Positions 26,301 to 34,796 of a DNA stretch of 64,000 nt are shown piece by piece. The notes below the pieces were generated by a model. The model did no database searches, was not told the origin of the DNA, and was given only the letters and a program-made list of their open reading frames with translations. The stretch covers positions 2,379 to 66,378 of the IMG/VR virus record IMGVR_UViG_3300036846_001134. One strand, given 5' to 3'. This DNA is from a virus. Position numbers and translations under genes: made by a program. Positions within the stretch are counted from its first letter, which is position 1. Each line of letters opens with the position of its first letter.

Positions 26301-28122
26301 TAGCTCCATCGACCCGCACGACTACGTGCCCCACATGTTCTTCAAGGAAGGCGACCTGCCCTTGAGCGACAAGTCGCGCGCGCACGGGGACATCGGCCGA
26401 AACTTCGCCTTCGGCCAGGAGCGCTTCTACCCCACCATGCTCGACGCGGTGGCGGCCGGCGGCAACGAGCTGCGTACCATGAACGCGTTCGACGCGTTTA
26501 ATATCCACGCCAAGAAGTTCGCCACCGCGCGCGCCACCCGCATGATGGGCGACCAGCTGAGCGCGGGCGGCATCGGCAAGTGGGCCATGAGCTCGCAGAA
26601 CGTGCCGCGCGGCTGGCAGGTGCTCGCCCCGCAGACGCGCCTGTTCCACAAGCTCGGCGCCTACACCGACCAGGCGGGCGTGGCGCACCCTGTCGATTAC
26701 GGCTACTACGTGCATCCGTTCGTGGCCGAGGCCATGCGCCCGGTGACCGACGCCTATAACCCCGGCAAGGTCACCCAGTGGTTCAGGGACCTGCAACGCA
26801 AGAGCAAGGCCATCGAGCTCTCGGTCTCGCTCTTCCACCTGGGCGCGGAGACCCATATGGCGGTCGCCAACATGGGCTGGAAGTTCCCCAAGGCCATCGT
26901 TAATGCCGTCAAGAGCGACTGGAACAACCCCGTCAACCGGGGCAACGAGCTCGACCTGATTCACCACGGCGGCACCACCTCGGTGCAGGGCGAGACCTAC
27001 GAGGCCTTCAAGAACCTGCGGCCGAGCGCCACGCCCGGCTGGGACCGCATCCTCAACAAGGTCCCCGGCCCGCGCCAGGTCAACCAGCTGGCCGAGGGGA
27101 TCACCAAACTCACTTTCGACCGCGTGCAGCGCTGGTACAAGGTCACCGACTACGCCATGAAGCGCGACGCCTGGCTTAAGGACAACCCCAATGCCACGCC
27201 CTTTGAGATTACCCAGGCCAAGCGCAGTATCGCCAAGCAGATCAATTCCACCTACGGCGGCCTGCACTGGGAGAACCTGGGGTGGAACCGCTCCAACGTG
27301 GAGACCGCGCGCCTGCTGCTACTGGCCCCTGACTGGCTGTTCAGCAACGTGCAGAGCGTGAAGAATATCTGGGACCCGCGCAACCTCGGCTACGCCGGCG
27401 CCAAGGCCATGCGCGAGCGCTTCGCCGGCTCGCCCGCCGCGCGCGCGCAGCGCGCCTTCTGGGTCAAGACCGCCGTTTACGGCGCGGCCTCTACGCAGGC
27501 CCTGAGCCTGATGTACACCGGGCAGCCCTCCGACCGGCCGACCGAGGTCTACATGGGCGAGGACTCGCTCGGCCGCAAGATCTACCAGAACGTGTTTTTC
27601 AAGGGCGCGCCCGGCGACCTGGTGACGCTCGTCGGCGACATGCACGACTACGGCGCGCTGGTCGGGACGATGCGTTTCATGGCCAACAAGATGGCCCCGC
27701 TGATCCGCGCCGCGCCGCGCTTTGCGAGCGGCGTGGACTACACCGGCCGCAAGCTGATCGACCCCAACATCAGCCCCACCGCCAAGAACCTGCGCGGCCT
27801 CGGCATCCTGGCGCGGGAAACCCTGCCGGTGCCCTTCGTCGGGCAGACCATCGTGCTGCCCACCCTGCGCAAGACCGCCGAGGCGCTCGGCATGGAGCGC
27901 ACCGCCGAAGCCATCGGACTGGACATGTCGCCTGCGGGCGAGCGCCAGTGGAAGGAGATCCTGCAAAGCGTGATCGCGGGACAAGCCCCCAAGCACATCG
28001 CGCCCGAGGGAATGCGGCTGTCATCGGATAAGGACAGCCTGGTCACCGCGCCGCCCAAGCCCGAGCCGACCTGGGACGACTGGAGCCAGGCCTACTACAA
28101 CCGGCCCACGCCGCCGCGCTAA
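23314..28122 (+). CDS. Large ejection protein with N-terminal lytic transglycosylase (SLT) domain
   Basis: AGIESNYNPNAISPKGARGVMQVMPATA, NIDAGARYL, AYNAGE, ETREYV. Confidence 0.9.
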   Translation: MPFNDYSDPEPDIPALLDQAAEKYGLDPALVHTVAGIESNYNPNAISPKGARGVMQVMPATAKSYGVTDPKSVAQNIDAGARYLRDLNQKYGGDPASILGAYNAGEPRFDAWKGHVPYKETREYVAKGMKRLRELGPKDDDIEEVNDAPRYDTSIKDSDLEELPMAAPQKPQAAAPSGKVGPPSPEGVYQIPAGFGEKLRGFNYFGPGDATQLSTEEEKKHQRWAQNQPQPAAPAPVRGMEQLGPLPGAPQTPALPLPIEQRIQQTTPGNVPEVGSFLHKLVNTKDIPQAILDTTTGAAGQFAQGVENFATVPNKAAIARALTKVVINPRDPSAYTELGAQEPGLRQTAEAGHQAVSGAFGIAAPFMLGAGAAAPVTTAVTLGAGIESQQLVEDGLVRLGLPKEYAAVAGDLTALIVGHYSMEGMAALRAKIAPILQARMQTGTPPPAEAPIEGRVRATTADGTVVEGEHAPHLAQFSGQHVGPDETAILTGEGDDTNIVIVPKKSVTPVEETPAATSEAPAATTPPQTATPEAPSATALPTTATTPPETATTGTNLAAQLEAMRAENERLKAQQQEAAPPEPEAPKLPKELSGARPKFGYGPDNYTLKFDSDLDKAAYITAQKVLNKRHGDYLKFVMDNTGLDEAGAIQHGNRVKETIKYLIEHGGGDENGVIQVPDLTQFSEVSLGEEAAPAAPAAPATETVRLYRGQPAGEFPPANDRSDAGRWFTPDRDQTLFYGGDTHHVDIPRAQYEQLLSDEAEHSRTAPGSNPLRGAGGVLLPPEDANRAVLSPEAPALPETGQATAPPGVNVGDLPPAAPPEPSAAGSTYMGSLFGALQPVFDKVTAQLKEAKDLWNERQQSLAAIARATTPPMLKEVGKLLLQDYTGERDSWVASVNQVISELRKTVPNKLDQEAISLMRDFRNNPQELTAWRNGVHPAISQDPVVRAKTLKFLNNLKPVIDRALNPTPAMQQADVALTAIAAQSLAEGRARGFLDSSIDPHDYVPHMFFKEGDLPLSDKSRAHGDIGRNFAFGQERFYPTMLDAVAAGGNELRTMNAFDAFNIHAKKFATARATRMMGDQLSAGGIGKWAMSSQNVPRGWQVLAPQTRLFHKLGAYTDQAGVAHPVDYGYYVHPFVAEAMRPVTDAYNPGKVTQWFRDLQRKSKAIELSVSLFHLGAETHMAVANMGWKFPKAIVNAVKSDWNNPVNRGNELDLIHHGGTTSVQGETYEAFKNLRPSATPGWDRILNKVPGPRQVNQLAEGITKLTFDRVQRWYKVTDYAMKRDAWLKDNPNATPFEITQAKRSIAKQINSTYGGLHWENLGWNRSNVETARLLLLAPDWLFSNVQSVKNIWDPRNLGYAGAKAMRERFAGSPAARAQRAFWVKTAVYGAASTQALSLMYTGQPSDRPTEVYMGEDSLGRKIYQNVFFKGAPGDLVTLVGDMHDYGALVGTMRFMANKMAPLIRAAPRFASGVDYTGRKLIDPNISPTAKNLRGLGILARETLPVPFVGQTIVLPTLRKTAEALGMERTAEAIGLDMSPAGERQWKEILQSVIAGQAPKHIAPEGMRLSSDKDSLVTAPPKPEPTWDDWSQAYYNRPTPPR

Positions 28123-28331
28123 TTGAAGATGGAGAGGATCGACATCAGGGCCTGACATCCAAACCAGATCAGGAACAGGACGCCCGTGAGCTTGATGGTA
28201 AGCTCGGGAAACTCATGCAGGAGAAATTTGCCGAGGCTTGAAAGGAACGGCTCGTTGGCCGAGAGTTGGCCGATGCCGCCCACCAGGACAAAAAGGGCCA
28301 CGCCAGCGGGGATGACAATCAGCAGGTTCAA
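28119..28331 (-). CDS. Small two-TM protein
   Basis: Hydrophobic 70-aa ORF. Confidence 0.5.
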   Translation of the reverse strand: MNLLIVIPAGVALFVLVGGIGQLSANEPFLSSLGKFLLHEFPELTIKLTGVLFLIWFGCQALMSILSIFN

Positions 28332-28501
28332 TGTTTTTGCCCCATCATCTCGTAGATCTTGCCGGTCAACAGTTTCATGTCGCCACGGATCTCGCGGATG
28401 TCCTCGCGGATGCCGGAGATCTGAAACAGGCTAATAGCCAACGAGGCCAAGACCACGATGACCGGCAGCCCCACGGCGATCCAGAGTTGCGTGTTGCTCA
28501 T
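28328..28501 (-). CDS. Small TM plus coiled-coil protein (paralog of the next gene)
   Basis: MSNTQLWIAVGLPVIV...DMKLLTGKIYE. Confidence 0.65.
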   Translation of the reverse strand: MSNTQLWIAVGLPVIVVLASLAISLFQISGIREDIREIRGDMKLLTGKIYEMMGQKH

Positions 28502-28695
28502 CGTGGTACGATCCCCAGCTTGTCTTCAATCCGAATCACCCGGTTGTCTACTTCGGCCACCTTGCCGGTGAGTAAGTCAAGTTTGTCCTCAACACGGTTG
28601 ATGCGCTGGAAAGCCACCAGGAAGAGCAGCCCGTTGAACAGCAGGTTGACCACAACGGGCAGGCCGACCGCGAGATACATCTGAGCGTCTGTCAC
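28498..28695 (-). CDS. Small TM plus coiled-coil protein
   Basis: MTDAQMYLAVGLPVVV...LDLLTGKVAEVDNRVIRIEDKL. Confidence 0.7.
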   Translation of the reverse strand: MTDAQMYLAVGLPVVVNLLFNGLLFLVAFQRINRVEDKLDLLTGKVAEVDNRVIRIEDKLGIVPR

Positions 28696-28742
28696 AAATC
28701 CATTTTAAACCAATTCCTCGCAATTCGCGCGATTCGAGCAGG

Positions 28743-29207
28743 TTACTCCTCGGGGATCACAATCGGCCCGGCAATCGCCCGCACGTCGATGGGGTCGTTC
28801 TGCCCGTCGTCCTCCAGCACCAGCCGGTCGTTGGGCAGCTCCTCGATCTTCGAGTAGAACTTGCGCAGATTCTGGAGCACCTGGCGCTCCTCGTTGACGC
28901 TCAAGTTCGGGTCGGCCGCGCGCTCGGTCTTCTCGGCCAGCTGGAGCAGGGCCATGGCGCACTTGAACCTCATCTCCTCGTTCTTGGCGAAGCGCGAGAG
29001 GTCCGTGATCACGCGCACGGCGTGGCCGCGCATGCCGGCGATGTCTCCGAGCGGCGGGCAGGAGAGCCAGGTCTCGGCGCGGATCAGGGCGACCTGCTCC
29101 TTGAGGCCGAGCTTGCCGGTCTCCTTCTGGTTGAGCGCGCGGGCGATCCGCGCGGCCAGCATGGCGTCGTCGCCCTTGAGCGGTGGTTTTGGTTTTGAAG
29201 CGGGCAC
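28743..29207 (-). CDS. Hypothetical helical protein (possible small terminase)
   Basis: 154 aa; function is a guess. Confidence 0.5.
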   Translation of the reverse strand: MPASKPKPPLKGDDAMLAARIARALNQKETGKLGLKEQVALIRAETWLSCPPLGDIAGMRGHAVRVITDLSRFAKNEEMRFKCAMALLQLAEKTERAADPNLSVNEERQVLQNLRKFYSKIEELPNDRLVLEDDGQNDPIDVRAIAGPIVIPEE

Positions 29208-29208
29208 C

Positions 29209-29709
29209 TTACTGCGGGAAGACTAGCGCGGGCACGCTGTAGTTGATCATCACCGTCGCCTTGCCCTGGGTCACGGTGCCGAGGGCGACCGTCAAAAAGA
29301 AAGTCCAGTTGCTGGTCAGGTTGCCGGTGATGGGCGTGGTGACCAGGCCGGGCGCCGCACTCAGGTCGATGTTGGCGCACAGGGTCGCGCCGCCCTGGGT
29401 GACCTCGATCTTGAGCGTGGGCGTCAGGCCATTGAAGCTCTGCTGGATCTGGGTGTAGACCGCGAGCGGGATGGCGCTCGCCGGCAGCACGATGGGGATC
29501 GAGAAGCTGCCGTTGGCGCTGGTAAACTTGGCACGCTTCTGCAAGACCGCGATGCCGGCCGCCTGGTCCATGGGGCCGCTTAGGAGCGGGCCAGTCCAGC
29601 GCGCGCCCTGCACGGCGTCGGGGTCGATCAGCTGGCCTAGGCTAGTGGGCGCGGCGGCGAGAGATACTACCGGCGGCGCGGTATCAAGATCGTCAGTGGT
29701 GGTCGGCAT
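29209..29709 (-). CDS. Putative virion structural protein
   Basis: RWTGPLLSG N-terminal motif; beta-rich; GKATVMINY end. Confidence 0.6.
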   Translation of the reverse strand: MPTTTDDLDTAPPVVSLAAAPTSLGQLIDPDAVQGARWTGPLLSGPMDQAAGIAVLQKRAKFTSANGSFSIPIVLPASAIPLAVYTQIQQSFNGLTPTLKIEVTQGGATLCANIDLSAAPGLVTTPITGNLTSNWTFFLTVALGTVTQGKATVMINYSVPALVFPQ

Positions 29710-29761
29710 CAGTGGCCCTCCCTTACAAGCGCGATTCTACCGCGTTTAGTAGGATGGTGGC

Positions 29762-29995
29762 ATGCCGCTCGACGCCACCGATAAGATCGTGATGGAAGAC
29801 CTGAACAACCGCTTCACCTACCACGCGCCCGAAGGCGACCAGGTCAAATCCTATCAGGCCATCCGCTCTGGGGCGCTCGACTTCGCGCGGCTGATTGTCA
29901 ACGCCTGCCCGTCGTCGCCCGAGAGATCGACCGCGCTGACGCATCTGGACGCCGCCGTCTTCTTTGCCAACGCGGCAATTGCGCGCAACGGGTGA
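29762..29995 (+). CDS. Acb2/Tad1-hairpin-like protein (putative signal-nucleotide sponge)
   Basis: RFTYHAP...Y..IR...CP.S.ERSTALT.L..AVFFANAAIAR. Confidence 0.65.
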   Translation: MPLDATDKIVMEDLNNRFTYHAPEGDQVKSYQAIRSGALDFARLIVNACPSSPERSTALTHLDAAVFFANAAIARNG

Positions 29996-30007
29996 TATGC
30001 TTTCGGC

Positions 30008-30283
30008 ATGCCCGCTCTCGGCACTTACAACACCGTTACGCTCGGGGCCAACACGGCCACGCAGCTTACTCCGCCCGGCCCCGGCAACTACGTGCTGTAC
30101 CTGTTGAACAGCGTGGCCGCCGGCAAGCTGTATATCTCTGACAAGAACACCGTGGGCGCCAACGCGACCAGCTTCATGCTGCCCACCGGCGTGTATGCGC
30201 CCGCCATCCCGGTGCAAGGCTCGGTCTGGGTGAACAGCGACACCGCAGGCCCCATCTCGGTGCTCTGCGTGGCGGCGCGCTAG
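30008..30283 (+). CDS. Small beta-rich protein (putative decoration protein)
   Basis: Homologous to the C-terminus of the next gene. Confidence 0.65.
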   Translation: MPALGTYNTVTLGANTATQLTPPGPGNYVLYLLNSVAAGKLYISDKNTVGANATSFMLPTGVYAPAIPVQGSVWVNSDTAGPISVLCVAAR

Positions 30284-30292
30284 GAGGAAGCC

Positions 30293-32215
30293 ATGGCCAT
30301 CTGGCGCGTCGCCTTCAAGACTCCCTATGCCCCGGTCGCGCCCATCTCCTCCATCCCGTGGGCCAACCTGACGCACGTGATTCACGTCGGCTACCAGCCG
30401 CAGACCTCGGGCGCCATCACCGACTTCACCGGCGGTAACCAGGCCGCGCTGGTCAGTGCTGCGCACGCGAGCGGCGTCAAGATCCTGGTCGATCTCAGTG
30501 ACGCGACCGGCGGCGACTTCGCGGGAGCGGTATCCGGCAACCAGGCGACGCTCGTGACTAACCTGGCGAACGTGGTCAACTCCTTCGGGTACGACGGTAT
30601 CGACATCGACGCCGAGCACAGTGGCACGGTGGCGCAAATGGCCTCGCTCGCGGGCGCGCTGCGCACCGCGTTGCCATCGAAACTGATCACCATCTGCGCG
30701 CTGATCAATACCTATGCCAGCTGGAGCGCGGCCAACGTGGCGAACATCGACCGCCTCAATGTGTTGACCTACGACATGAGCGGCACCTTCGACCCGTACA
30801 GCTGGTTCCACAGCGCGCTCTACGGGCCGACGCCGGTCACCGTCAATTCGATGGAGTTGACCAGGACGCGCTTTATCGGCGCGGGCGTGCCGGCGGCGAA
30901 GATCAACCTGGGGATTCCCTTCTACGGCTATCGCAGCCTCGGGGGCAGCCCGGTGATCAACGGCCCACGGCAAAGCTACACCGCGACCTTGCCGACGTTC
31001 ACGCAGATGGACTACCCCACGCTGCTCGGCAACTGGGACCTCTCCACGCCCACCGTGGACCTGCCTTCTGGCGGCGCGCCGTGGATCGCGATCAGTGGTG
31101 GCTGGGTCTACTGGGACACGGCGGCGTTCATCGCCGCCAAGGTGAACTACGTCATCAACCAGGGCCTGGGCGGTTTTGTCTGCTGGTCGATTGAGAAGGA
31201 CTACATCTCTACCGGCGTGACGCTCGCGCAGAAGCACCCGCTGCTCGCCGCCACGGCGGTGGGCGCGAGTACGCCCAGCCTGCTGGTCTCTCCAGGCGAC
31301 ATCACCAATGCGGCCTGGCAGAGCGCGGGCACGGGCTGCGCCAAAACCAACGCGACGACCTACACCACGGTCTCGGCCGTGTGCTCGCTCTGGCAGGTGG
31401 TCACGGTCGCCGCCAACACCACCTACGTCGCGACCATCACGCTGAACCAGACCAGCGGCGCGCCGCAGCCCATCACCTTCTCGATCAGTACCACCGGCTT
31501 CGCGCAATTATGCAGCGCCGCGTTCAATTTGGTCTTGGGCACGCCGCACACGTTTACGTGCAGCGTGTCGAGCGGTGCCAATACGCAACTCCAGCTGGAG
31601 ATCGATTCGGGCGCCGCCACGGCCTCGTCGATCACCATCAGTGGCGCGAGCTTCCAGGCGGTGCAGGCCGCCGCCCCCACCGTGGATAAGCCGGCCGGCA
31701 GTTACTCGGGCAGCGTCACCGTGGCCATCACGAGCGCCACCTCTGGCGCGGCCATCTGCTACCGCACCGACGGCACCGACCCCACGGCGAGCGCGCCGGG
31801 GACCTGCGGCGCGGGGTCCACCACCTACGGCGCGCCGGTGACGTTGAGCGCCAACGCCACGCTCAAGGCCATCGCCACCAAGGCGGGCCTGGCGACCAGC
31901 GACGAGCTGACGCAGGCCTACACCGTGACCGCCGCGCCGCCCGCCGGCCCCATCGCGGTCCCGCCGCCCTACCAGACGCTCGCGCTCAGTGCCGGCGTCG
32001 CGGTGCAAATTGTGAGCTCCGGCTACCTGGTATATTTGCTCAATACCGGCCCCGGTAAATTGTACGCCTCGGCAACTGCGACACCGGGCGCCAATGCGCA
32101 AAGCATCCTGGTCCCCCCAGGCAGCTTTCTACCGGCGCCGGTAGGGGCCAAGTCGTCGTTCTGGATCAGTGCCGATGCCGACGGCGGGGTGAGCCTCGCC
32201 GCCGTCCCGCGCTAG
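30293..32215 (+). CDS. GH18 glycoside hydrolase with CBM-like and Fn3-associated domains
   Basis: LTHVIH, GYDGIDIDAE (DxxDxDxE), VLTYD, KINLGIPFYG, GLGGFVCW; AICYRTDGTDPT. Confidence 0.88.
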   Translation: MAIWRVAFKTPYAPVAPISSIPWANLTHVIHVGYQPQTSGAITDFTGGNQAALVSAAHASGVKILVDLSDATGGDFAGAVSGNQATLVTNLANVVNSFGYDGIDIDAEHSGTVAQMASLAGALRTALPSKLITICALINTYASWSAANVANIDRLNVLTYDMSGTFDPYSWFHSALYGPTPVTVNSMELTRTRFIGAGVPAAKINLGIPFYGYRSLGGSPVINGPRQSYTATLPTFTQMDYPTLLGNWDLSTPTVDLPSGGAPWIAISGGWVYWDTAAFIAAKVNYVINQGLGGFVCWSIEKDYISTGVTLAQKHPLLAATAVGASTPSLLVSPGDITNAAWQSAGTGCAKTNATTYTTVSAVCSLWQVVTVAANTTYVATITLNQTSGAPQPITFSISTTGFAQLCSAAFNLVLGTPHTFTCSVSSGANTQLQLEIDSGAATASSITISGASFQAVQAAAPTVDKPAGSYSGSVTVAITSATSGAAICYRTDGTDPTASAPGTCGAGSTTYGAPVTLSANATLKAIATKAGLATSDELTQAYTVTAAPPAGPIAVPPPYQTLALSAGVAVQIVSSGYLVYLLNTGPGKLYASATATPGANAQSILVPPGSFLPAPVGAKSSFWISADADGGVSLAAVPR

Positions 32216-32409
32216 AGCTTCCAGGTCTCATCCGGGTAGACGACCGTTTCCACCACTGCGGGGTCGAGCGACACTAGCCTCATCCAGGCAAAACAAGCCG
32301 AGCAGTGGTTGACATTGAAAAGGGTGCCAATGCAGGCTCGCTGCATGAAGCTGGCCGCGCCGCATTTCGGACAAAACACTTCCACGTAATCAGGCGACTC
32401 AGGCATCAC
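32212..32409 (-). CDS. Small zinc-ribbon protein
   Basis: CPKC...CSAC. Confidence 0.55.
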   Translation of the reverse strand: MMPESPDYVEVFCPKCGAASFMQRACIGTLFNVNHCSACFAWMRLVSLDPAVVETVVYPDETWKL

Positions 32410-32596
32410 TCACCATGATAAACTTTTCCGGGTCGAGCGAGTCACTCTCGCCCCACACGCAGGGGGCGCAGGCGGTCCAGCGCAGCGCCACCGAGAGCTC
32501 CCCGTCGGCCGGGTTGTCGCATACATCGCAGAGGACCAGGCCGTCCTTGATCCGGCCCTCCCGTTTGGCGCGGGCGATGATTTTCTCAATGGTCAT
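32399..32596 (-). CDS. Small zinc-ribbon protein
   Basis: CDVC...CAPC. Confidence 0.55.
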   Translation of the reverse strand: MTIEKIIARAKREGRIKDGLVLCDVCDNPADGELSVALRWTACAPCVWGESDSLDPEKFIMVSDA

Positions 32597-32849
32597 GGGA
32601 GGGGTCGAACTTACAGGCGACCTTGACACTGGTCGGGTCATCGGGACGGCCGGCGGCGGTCACCGCCATGCGCAGATCACACAGCTCGCAGGCGACCAGA
32701 AAATACCCGCACTCGGGCGCCGGGTAGGGCAGCGTGGCCGTGCAGGATGCCCGGCCCTGCGCGAAGTCGATGGCGATGCCGTGGGGATAGTCGGGGTCGG
32801 GCGGGCACTGCGCCTTGCCGCGACCGGAGGGGTGGAAGGTGACGGTCAT
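32586..32849 (-). CDS. Small Cys-rich phage protein
   Basis: AAAGGAG RBS; CPPDPDYPHG...LPYPAPECG...AAGRPDDP. Confidence 0.7.
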   Translation of the reverse strand: MTVTFHPSGRGKAQCPPDPDYPHGIAIDFAQGRASCTATLPYPAPECGYFLVACELCDLRMAVTAAGRPDDPTSVKVACKFDPSHDH

Positions 32850-32867
32850 GGGGCTCCTTTCGGATTT

Positions 32868-33146
32868 TGTACCCCTTACTGTACCCAAAGCCCTCAACCC
32901 CGCGCCAATGTGCGGGTTCGTGTTTAGCTCCAGGGGGTACATTAAGGGTACAAAAAAAGCTCAAATCACATGTTCTGAGGGCAGTTTCGTACTGCCCTCT
33001 CTTTTTTGCTTGTTGATTCTTAAGGGGTTCTGGTGAGCCGGGCGGGACTCGAACCCGCGACCCTGTGATTAAAAGTTGTAGGGTCACTGAAACTAACCTA
33101 CTAAGAATCAATCAGTTACAAACCATCTGGGTACAATAAGGGAACA
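32868..33146. mobile_element. attP site: core plus arm-type repeats and IHF box
   Basis: TGTACCC at 32868 and 32880; GGGTACA at 32935, 32946 and 33129; GGGAACA at 33140; AATCAATCAGTTA (WATCAANNNNTTR) at 33106-33118. Confidence 0.85.
33031..33076 (-). tRNA. 3' half of tRNA-Lys(TTT), the att core (not a complete tRNA)
   Basis: Reverse complement ACTTTTAATCACAGGGTCGCGGGTTCGAGTCCCGCCCGGCTCACCA: anticodon loop, T-arm, CCA. Confidence 0.9.
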
Positions 33147-33158
33147 GAAAACGCATTT

Positions 33159-34493
33159 TTAGTTCACCGGCCCCTGCGGCTTTTGCCCCAAAAGCTGGTC
33201 ATCCAACTGGTTCACCAGGACGCGGCGGCGGTCCAAACTCGTCTTGGTGTACTTCATGGTCATGGCCGCGTCGCCATGGCCCATCATCGCCACGCGGTCG
33301 CTAAGCTCCATGCCCATTTCATCCAAAATGGTGGTGTGAGTTCTCCGCAAAACATGCCATGACAACCACGGCATGTCGAGCTTTTTGCCGATTGTTTTCA
33401 GCTTGCGATTCGCGAGGTTGTGCGCGTCAACCGGCGTCCCCTTGCGCGACACCAGCACGTAGTCATCTGGCGACGTGTACTTTTCGCGCTGCTTCAGCTC
33501 GGCGAGAATCGAGAGCATAATCGGCGGAATGGGCAACGCCCGCTTGCGGCTTTTGCGCTTGGTCGTATCGAGCTTGCCCAGGTTCCACTGCTTCCGCACC
33601 AGGACCGTGAAAGGCGGAAGCGTCTCGCCGTCCACCGTCGCGAAGCGATCCGTAATATTCACGCGCTTCCATTGCAGCCCGCAAATTTCTGCGATGTTCA
33701 TCGAGGTCAGAATCGAGATGACGGAAATGTGGTATTCGGGATACTGCATCTGCCCGAGTACCGTCTTCGCCTCTTCGAGAGTGAGCGCGCGCAGGTCCTT
33801 CACCGGCTCAACCGCAGGCGTGCGTACCGACTCAGCCGGATTGTCGCCTCTAAAAAAGCGCTTCTCTTTGGCATAGGTGACAATCGCCGAACAAACCGTT
33901 CGGATGTGATTCACCGTCGCCGGAGAATAATCGCGCCCCATCGCGGCGGCGATCACCCGCTGCACATGGCTCTGGTCCAGATCGCGAAGACGAACGTCAT
34001 CCAGGTAAGGCCACCCTTTAATTTCGACGCGCGCATTCTTGTACTTCTTGGCGTAGCCCTCGCTCTTTTTTCCAAACGCACGCACGACCCGGTCTGGAGT
34101 CAGCACGTCCTTCAGCCGGCTCCGGTAAAAAAGCCGCGTGTGCGCCTTCTTCATCATGACGTGCTCGGGAATAAAAAACTGTTCCACAAACTGCGCCACG
34201 GTCATGACGCTTTGCGGCGTGGTCGTGTTCTGATCGAGCTTCGATAGGTAGTCTTCCCACCCGATGCGCTTGGCCTCTTTCTGCGTCAGCCTCTCCGGCC
34301 CGGTACATGGACCGATACGCACGCGCGGCGCCCACTCGCGTGCGAGGCTGCCGTCCGGCTTGATGACCTCCTCGCGCCAGCGCAGCATCCACCAGTCGCC
34401 GCGCTTCTCCAAATTCCCACTCTGTTGCAATCGTCGTCTGCCCAAGTTTTCTACCTCGGGCCACATCGTAACAGGTTCAAATATATTTTTCAT
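33159..34493 (-). CDS. int: Tyrosine integrase
   Basis: N-terminal arm-binding domain, HVLR, MMGH, KY; adjacent to attP. Confidence 0.92.
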   Translation of the reverse strand: MKNIFEPVTMWPEVENLGRRRLQQSGNLEKRGDWWMLRWREEVIKPDGSLAREWAPRVRIGPCTGPERLTQKEAKRIGWEDYLSKLDQNTTTPQSVMTVAQFVEQFFIPEHVMMKKAHTRLFYRSRLKDVLTPDRVVRAFGKKSEGYAKKYKNARVEIKGWPYLDDVRLRDLDQSHVQRVIAAAMGRDYSPATVNHIRTVCSAIVTYAKEKRFFRGDNPAESVRTPAVEPVKDLRALTLEEAKTVLGQMQYPEYHISVISILTSMNIAEICGLQWKRVNITDRFATVDGETLPPFTVLVRKQWNLGKLDTTKRKSRKRALPIPPIMLSILAELKQREKYTSPDDYVLVSRKGTPVDAHNLANRKLKTIGKKLDMPWLSWHVLRRTHTTILDEMGMELSDRVAMMGHGDAAMTMKYTKTSLDRRRVLVNQLDDQLLGQKPQGPVN

Positions 34494-34613
34494 CAGTTAA
34501 ACCGCAATTCGCACATTTCGTGCAATTTATATTTTTCTTTAACGGTGGCGGGAGCGCCCGTATAGCGCACTTATGGGTGCTGCTCCCCTTACCGCGCGCG
34601 CGGCCACCGATTT

Positions 34614-34796
34614 TTATTGGGGCGGCTTTTCCCAGCGCTTGGCCCAAAGCTCCACCAGCCTATCGGCCATCTGGGAGGCAATCTCCGGGCTCGAACCCGA
34701 TTGCCTGTCAGAGGCCATGGCCCCGCCCAGCGCCGCTACCGCCGCCTTCTCCCAGAAGTCCTTCTTCCTCAAGCGAGCCGCCTCTTCGTCATACAT
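34614..34796 (-). CDS. Small hypothetical protein
   Basis: AAVAALGG...ASQMAD motif; GAGGTGA RBS. Confidence 0.55.
   Translation of the reverse strand: MYDEEAARLRKKDFWEKAAVAALGGAMASDRQSGSSPEIASQMADRLVELWAKRWEKPPQ

Noticed and set aside
33031-33076. Complete tRNA gene
   Set aside because: The 5' half (acceptor 5' strand and D-arm) is absent; it is the att core
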